In this document: piece after piece, positions 58,911 to 64,000 of the stretch | How positions within the stretch are numbered: the first letter of the stretch is position 1 | Layout of the letters: each line of letters starts with the position of its first letter | Assembly: GCA_001655205.1 (NCBI GenBank) | Contig: LPNZ01007335.1 | Span: 1 to 64,000 of the forward strand | Direction of reading: 5' to 3' | Length of the DNA: 64,000 nt | Origin: Lenisia limosa | Lineage: Eukaryota; Protista; Breviatea | Translations under genes and position numbers: made by a program | The notes under the pieces: model-generated | Database searches by the model: none | What the model saw: the letters and a program-made list of their open reading frames with translations, nothing else | Told to the model about the DNA's origin: nothing

Positions 58911-61190
58911 ATGACGACTACAAGTATTACTGCAATGACACCTTCATGGGCTACCATCGACCCTGAGAAGATTTCTGCCCAGAACCCTTCTCAACTCTAC
59001 AATCTTTGTGGTGGAAAATGGTGCCTCTCAAAAGAATCTACTTCTATTGTAGATCCTATGAACAATGATGAATTCATCAAAATGCCCAACACAAAGGCAA
59101 GTGAAATCACTCCTTTCATCGGTATGTTCTTGATTGTCGCTCATTGTTGCTTATATAGTTTAAATAAGGTGAAATAAGCATAATGCGGTCCTTTTCCCAT
59201 TGTTTCGGACAGTGTTCTCTTTTTTCTGACCAATTTCTGCCTTCATTGCTTCAGAATCTCTCAACTCCTGCCCAAAATCTGGGCTTCACAATCCTCACAA
59301 GAATCCGGAGCGTTATGTCATGTGGGGCGATGTCACAACCAAAATTGTGATGGAAATGAGAAAACCTGAAGTTGTTGATTATTTCGTTCGTTTAATTCAA
59401 CGCGTTTGCCCTAAACATGATGCTCAAGCCAGAGCTGAAGTTTTGGTGACTCGGTTGGTTTCTTTTTTTATCAAGTATGACTTACAACTTTAGTGCTATG
59501 TTAGAGAACTTCTGTGGTGATCAAGTTCGCTTTATGGCTAGAGGATTCGAAGTTTCTGGCAACCACTTCGGTCAAACCTCCCGAGGCCTTCGGTTGGTTT
59601 GTTTCTTGCCTTATTGCGTCTTGTTTCTACGCTCTTAGGGCAAATTGAAACCCCCTTTTCCGTTTTCTAGCTATGACATTCCTTTTTCAATAGTGATCCT
59701 TTAATCTTTTTAGTTGGCCTTACGGACCCTGTGCTCTCATTGCCCCTTTCAACTTTCCCCTGGAGATCCCTGTTCTCCAACTCATGGGAGCCGTGTACAT
59801 GGGTAACAAAGTTCTTCTGAAGTGTGCCTCAATGACCTCCTCTGTCATGGAACAGTATATCCGCCTTATGCACTACTGTGGCGCCCCAAAAACTGATATT
59901 GATCTTATTCACTGTGGTGGTGCAGTTATGGGTCAGCTCATTGAAATGGCTAAGCCCCGTCTTACCCAGGTTGGACTTTTTTTTTTTTTTTGACAGAAAT
60001 GTGTTCTTCCTCTGACTCTCTAGTTTACTGGTTCTTCTGTGGTTGCTGAAGAGCTCGCTCGTATCACCAATGGCAAGGTTAAAATTGAAGATGCTGGTTG
60101 GCGAGTAGTGATGATATTTTTTTTGCTGTTGTTGATGTTTTGTCTGACGCAATTTTGACGGATAAAGGTTTCGACGTGAAGATCATGGGCCCTGATGTTC
60201 AGGTTTGTAATCTGCTTTCAACATTTCAACATCATCTTACTTCCCATTTAGGATGTTGAGTACGTTGCCTGGCAGTGCGACCAAGACGCCTACGCTCTCA
60301 GCGGACAAAAGTGTTCAGCCCAGTCCCTCCTTATTGCACACGAAAACTGGATGAAGGCCGGACTGACTGATAAGATGGCAGCCATTGCCAGTGAGCGCAA
60401 GTTGTCCGACCTTAGCATTGGACCTGTTCTTTCACACACCACTGACGAGATCCTCAACAAGCATCTTGGCGCTATCCTCAAGATCCCTGGTAGCAAGGTC
60501 CTGATTGGAGGCAAACCTCTCGTCAACCACAAAATTCCCGAGAAGTACGCTGCTATCGAGCCCACCGCCGGTATGAGGGAAGGGTTGTTTTTTATACGAC
60601 ATAACCCGATATATTAATACATGAAATCTTTATGTTGCAACCAAGACATCGCTTACGTCGCAGTGTTTGTTCCCATGAAAGAGCTTTTGAAGAAGGAGAA
60701 CTTTGGACTTTGCACAACTGAAATCTTTGGCCCATTCCAGGTGGTCACCGAATGGAAGGATGGGGAAGAAGACCAAGTTGTCATGTGCTGCGAGAGACTC
60801 GCCCACCACCTTACCATGGCTGTAAGTGTGGTCGTTCTATCTGTACCCTCTGCATACCCTGGAGCGTTTTGACCTTACAGATCTGCTCCAACGACCCCTG
60901 CTTCATTGAACGCATGGCTGGAATGACGGTCAATGGCACCACTTACCTTGGGATCCGTGCTCGTACCACTGGCGCTCCCCAGAACCATTGGTTCGGCCCT
61001 GCTGGTGACCCACGTGGTGCTGGAATCGGAACCATCGAGTGGGTGCTCCTTCAGTTACCTTTGATCTATCACATTTCTTAATGTTTCTCACTTTCCTACT
61101 AGGGCTATCCGCTACGTTTGGTCATGCCACCGCGAACTTATTCAGGACTTTGCCGTTCCCACTGGCTGGACCCGTCCCCCTCCTTCCTAA
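58911..61190 (+). CDS. ALDH12A1: Delta-1-pyrroline-5-carboxylate dehydrogenase of the plant ALDH12 type
   Basis: SWATIDPE, CPKSGLHNP..PERYVMWGDV, RWPYGPCALIAPFNFPLEIP, EDAG|FDVKIMGPDV, DQDAYALSGQKCSAQS (catalytic Cys), EIFGPFQVVTE, RARTTGAPQNHWFGPAGDPRGAGIGT, WSCHRE. Confidence 0.95.
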
Positions 61191-61262
61191 TCCTTGTCGA
61201 ACTCCAGTTTATTTATTTATGTATGCATATATTGACTTAACACGGGATCATTGCACAAAATT

Positions 61263-64000
61263 CTATTGCTCCTCATACAAGTTAAGATTGAGGCGAAGCT
61301 GCGGTTTATAGCCCATATCGATATCGTCTTCTTCAGTCTCATCAGTCTCATCATCAGTCTCTTCTTCGTTACCTAAAGAGAGTTTAGGCAATATGTAGAA
61401 ATGAGAAAGAAAACAATGGTATCAATAGTTGACATGTCATACTCTCAAATCAATATCCAGCTAAACCATCTTTATCATACCGCTGCTGCCATGATACGGA
61501 CGCCTAACTAGAGGCTCTTCATCCGAATCCAAATATCGCCGCGTTCGCCTTTTGGGTCTTCTTGATCCTCCAATAAGCTGTAGTATTAGCAAAACCCTTT
61601 CAAGTGTAATAACTTACTTCTTGTTGTGGTGACGGTGTGCGAGGCGAAAAGGAGGAAGGTGCTGCAGATAAGCTAAAAGTGAGAAAAGGAACACTTCTCA
61701 TATCAACTGCTTTTGGCAATAACTATTGCTCTATATAATTTATAACAACGTGATTTTCCACTCTGTTAGTGAAGAAAAGACTACACTGATATGTGTTTTA
61801 CTGCTATTAATGCTTACCATGATCTATGACTGGCTCTTTCTATCAAGAAAAAAAAAATTACCAATCACTTCAAGAAAATAGAGAAATGCTAATATGTTGC
61901 ACTGGAAGCTATATACAGCATACCTGAGTGACAGTTTGGGAACTGAGGGTGCTGGAGTTCGAGAGGATACTAAATTGAGAGAGCTGACTGGGGCAGGAAC
62001 AGAGGGCACAGCTAAGGGGGAGGTAGTGGGTGGGGAAGAGTCCAGAAAAACAGGGTTGCGAGATTCGACAGGCTCAGGGACTGGTTCTTGTGGAGAAGAC
62101 CCTACTTCAGAGTTGGTACTGAGAATTTTGGTAGAATCCACCATTGGAAGGCCTTGAGACCTGAGTTCTGTTCACAATTGAAGTGAATCGTACCTTGATA
62201 GTCGACCATTGTCGACATTGCTGATGCTGCAGGAGACGGAGGGGAAGCTGTCATCGAGGCTATTGACGGAACAGGGCTAATGGGATAAGACTAGCTTGAA
62301 AATGAGGATGTTACCTTGAAAGGAAATGGGAGATTCCATATTCATCAGCGCTGTCATCAGCACTTGACATGGAAGTACTTTGGCTGGATTCGTGTTCCGA
62401 CGATTCGGGTTCCAGGGTTTCATCTGACTTGCCTTGGCTCTCAATAAGATCTTCATATCTGATAGTAAATAAAGTAGTGAGCAGCTCACCTTCGTCTTGC
62501 TTTATTGGCATTATCAGTTGCTCCACTTGTTAGAGATGGAGCGACTGACGTTTCCGGGATGAGAACACTGTCAAGCTCTAATTAATAAGACTCTACTACA
62601 CACTACACAATTGGGTGGGGGATAGCAATTCGCATACTTTTTCGCCTTGCAAGGTAAGGCCAATGTGAACCAACAACCAAAGATTTTGGCCTTGGGATAT
62701 GTATCACTTTTTTTGGTGCATTGATTTCAAACAGCAATGTCTGGGCAGATTGCAAAAGTGGCAAACGTTTGACTGTAGCAAGTCCTACAGCAGGCTTATG
62801 TTTTGAGTATGTCACATGGGTTGGAATATGCTCCCCAGCTCTGGGCACTACTCTGGAAAATAAAACAATAGGCTATCATCGCATGGTCAAAGATATCAAA
62901 AACTTTGGCAAACTCTCGTCGTCTTGCACGCTGACGCCTTCCAATGCTCTTCTCCTGTTCAATAACTTCCTCGACAGTGAGTTCGGAAACCATGGGGGTC
63001 CAATGTGTCACACTTTCGGCAGCGGGACGAATGACATTTGATACTATAATATGGTAAAGGAAGATCATACGTAAACAAGAATTAGTTGTCCACTTACACT
63101 CAGGGTCTTCTTCATCAATTTCTTTGTACTTAATTAATGTGTTTGCGGCAATCTAAAGAGTTACATCTTTTCAAACAAATACTTCTTCAACAAACCTGTT
63201 CTTTAATTGAATGGGATATCAAAGGGATAAACTCTCGTGGAAGAGAAAGATCACAACAGAGGCACGCAGCAAAGAGGTCTGGTGAATTGTGGGCTGAAGT
63301 AATATCCCTAATAGATTATCTCAGCAAGTATGCCTTTACCATTGGAAGCAGTCTTCAAGAGTTAACGAGCCAACTCGAATGTCAAGGATAATGTCAATTA
63401 ATTTGCCTTTACCAGCAGGCCTTGTAAGTTAGGAAAACTTCATCAAAAAGGAACGAAAAAAGAGGAGGGCAAACCGTTCAGCTGCAAAAAGAATGTTTTG
63501 CGGTGAAAAAGCGCGAACTTGGCGGACAATATCCATTTCCACTTGTTTGAGAACACTAGGGCTGACATCGTGATCCTAGAAAAGTAAGAAATCAGACTGT
63601 GCTTCCAAAAAGCATCCGCTCACTTCACAAATAATTTTTGCGAGTTCCACGAAGGAGATTTGGGGGTCGTGGCAATTCCAGGTCACTGTTTCAGTGACTT
63701 TGCTGGTTCCGGTGTCAAATTCTAACCGCAGTGGAATTATCATTTCTAGAAATTAATAAAAAGGAGAATTTCGCCCAATCAACCCCTATTGAAAAAAAAA
63801 AAGGTATCGCAAAAATAAGTAATGGATGGAAATAAGGTAAGCGTGCGCAAAAAATAGTCTCATTGTTGTTTCAAGGTCAAAAGTTCAAACAATAAATATA
63901 ATAACAAACCTTTTTTGGGAATCAGAGGAGTGATACCAACTTCGTCTGTAACTTCAGCAAGAGTGGGTGGAGGTGGTATTGGGGTTGGATCTCTATTAGT
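61263..64000 (-). CDS. SMARCB1: SNF5/SMARCB1/Sfh1-family chromatin-remodelling subunit (5' end outside the window) with a long disordered C-terminal tail
   Basis: Repeat 1: TETVTWNCHDPQISFVELAKIIC|EDHDV..VEMDIVRQV. Repeat 2: DIRVGSLTLEDCFQW|DITSAHNSPDLFAACLCCDLSLPREFIPLISHSIKEQ. C-terminal helix: WTPMVSELTVEEVIEQEKSIGRRQRARRR. Confidence 0.82.

Overview
Gene-dense, intron-rich eukaryotic nuclear DNA, probably a protist; the lineage cannot be fixed from this window. It uses the standard genetic code. Introns are mostly 29-70 nt GT-AG (donors GTAAGT/GTGAGT/GTTGGT/GTATGT, often with a CTAAC/CTGAC branch point), and several gene pairs are tightly divergent. The ORF track is fragmented by introns, so I spliced the genes by hand; boundaries are approximate where stated. 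About 16 genes: coiled-coil/PAH-like protein, Rab4, arginyl-tRNA synthetase, TPI, a 10.7-kb STRA6-like receptor gene, a FET-family RNA-binding protein, a 12-TM degenerate nucleotidyl cyclase, MacroD, a long coiled-coil protein, an RS-rich/PH protein, a bacterial-type phosphohexomutase, CPSF2, Lcp5/neuroguidin, Mpp6, an ankyrin plus tandem-BRCT protein, plant-type ALDH12 P5C dehydrogenase, and a 5'-truncated SNF5-family gene. The top observation is the minus-strand gene at 8477-19190. Its C-terminal part aligns in register with the vertebrate retinol-uptake receptor STRA6, including the calmodulin-binding helix, and is fused behind an N-terminal TM helix and a very large beta-rich, Ig-like-repeat ectodomain. 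Other observations: a probable 12-TM pseudo-cyclase, an ankyrin/TopBP1-type BRCT fusion, three introns with tandemly duplicated 5' splice sites, and a ~170-200 bp dispersed intronic repeat. Reference protein motifs are quoted from memory and need confirming by database search.
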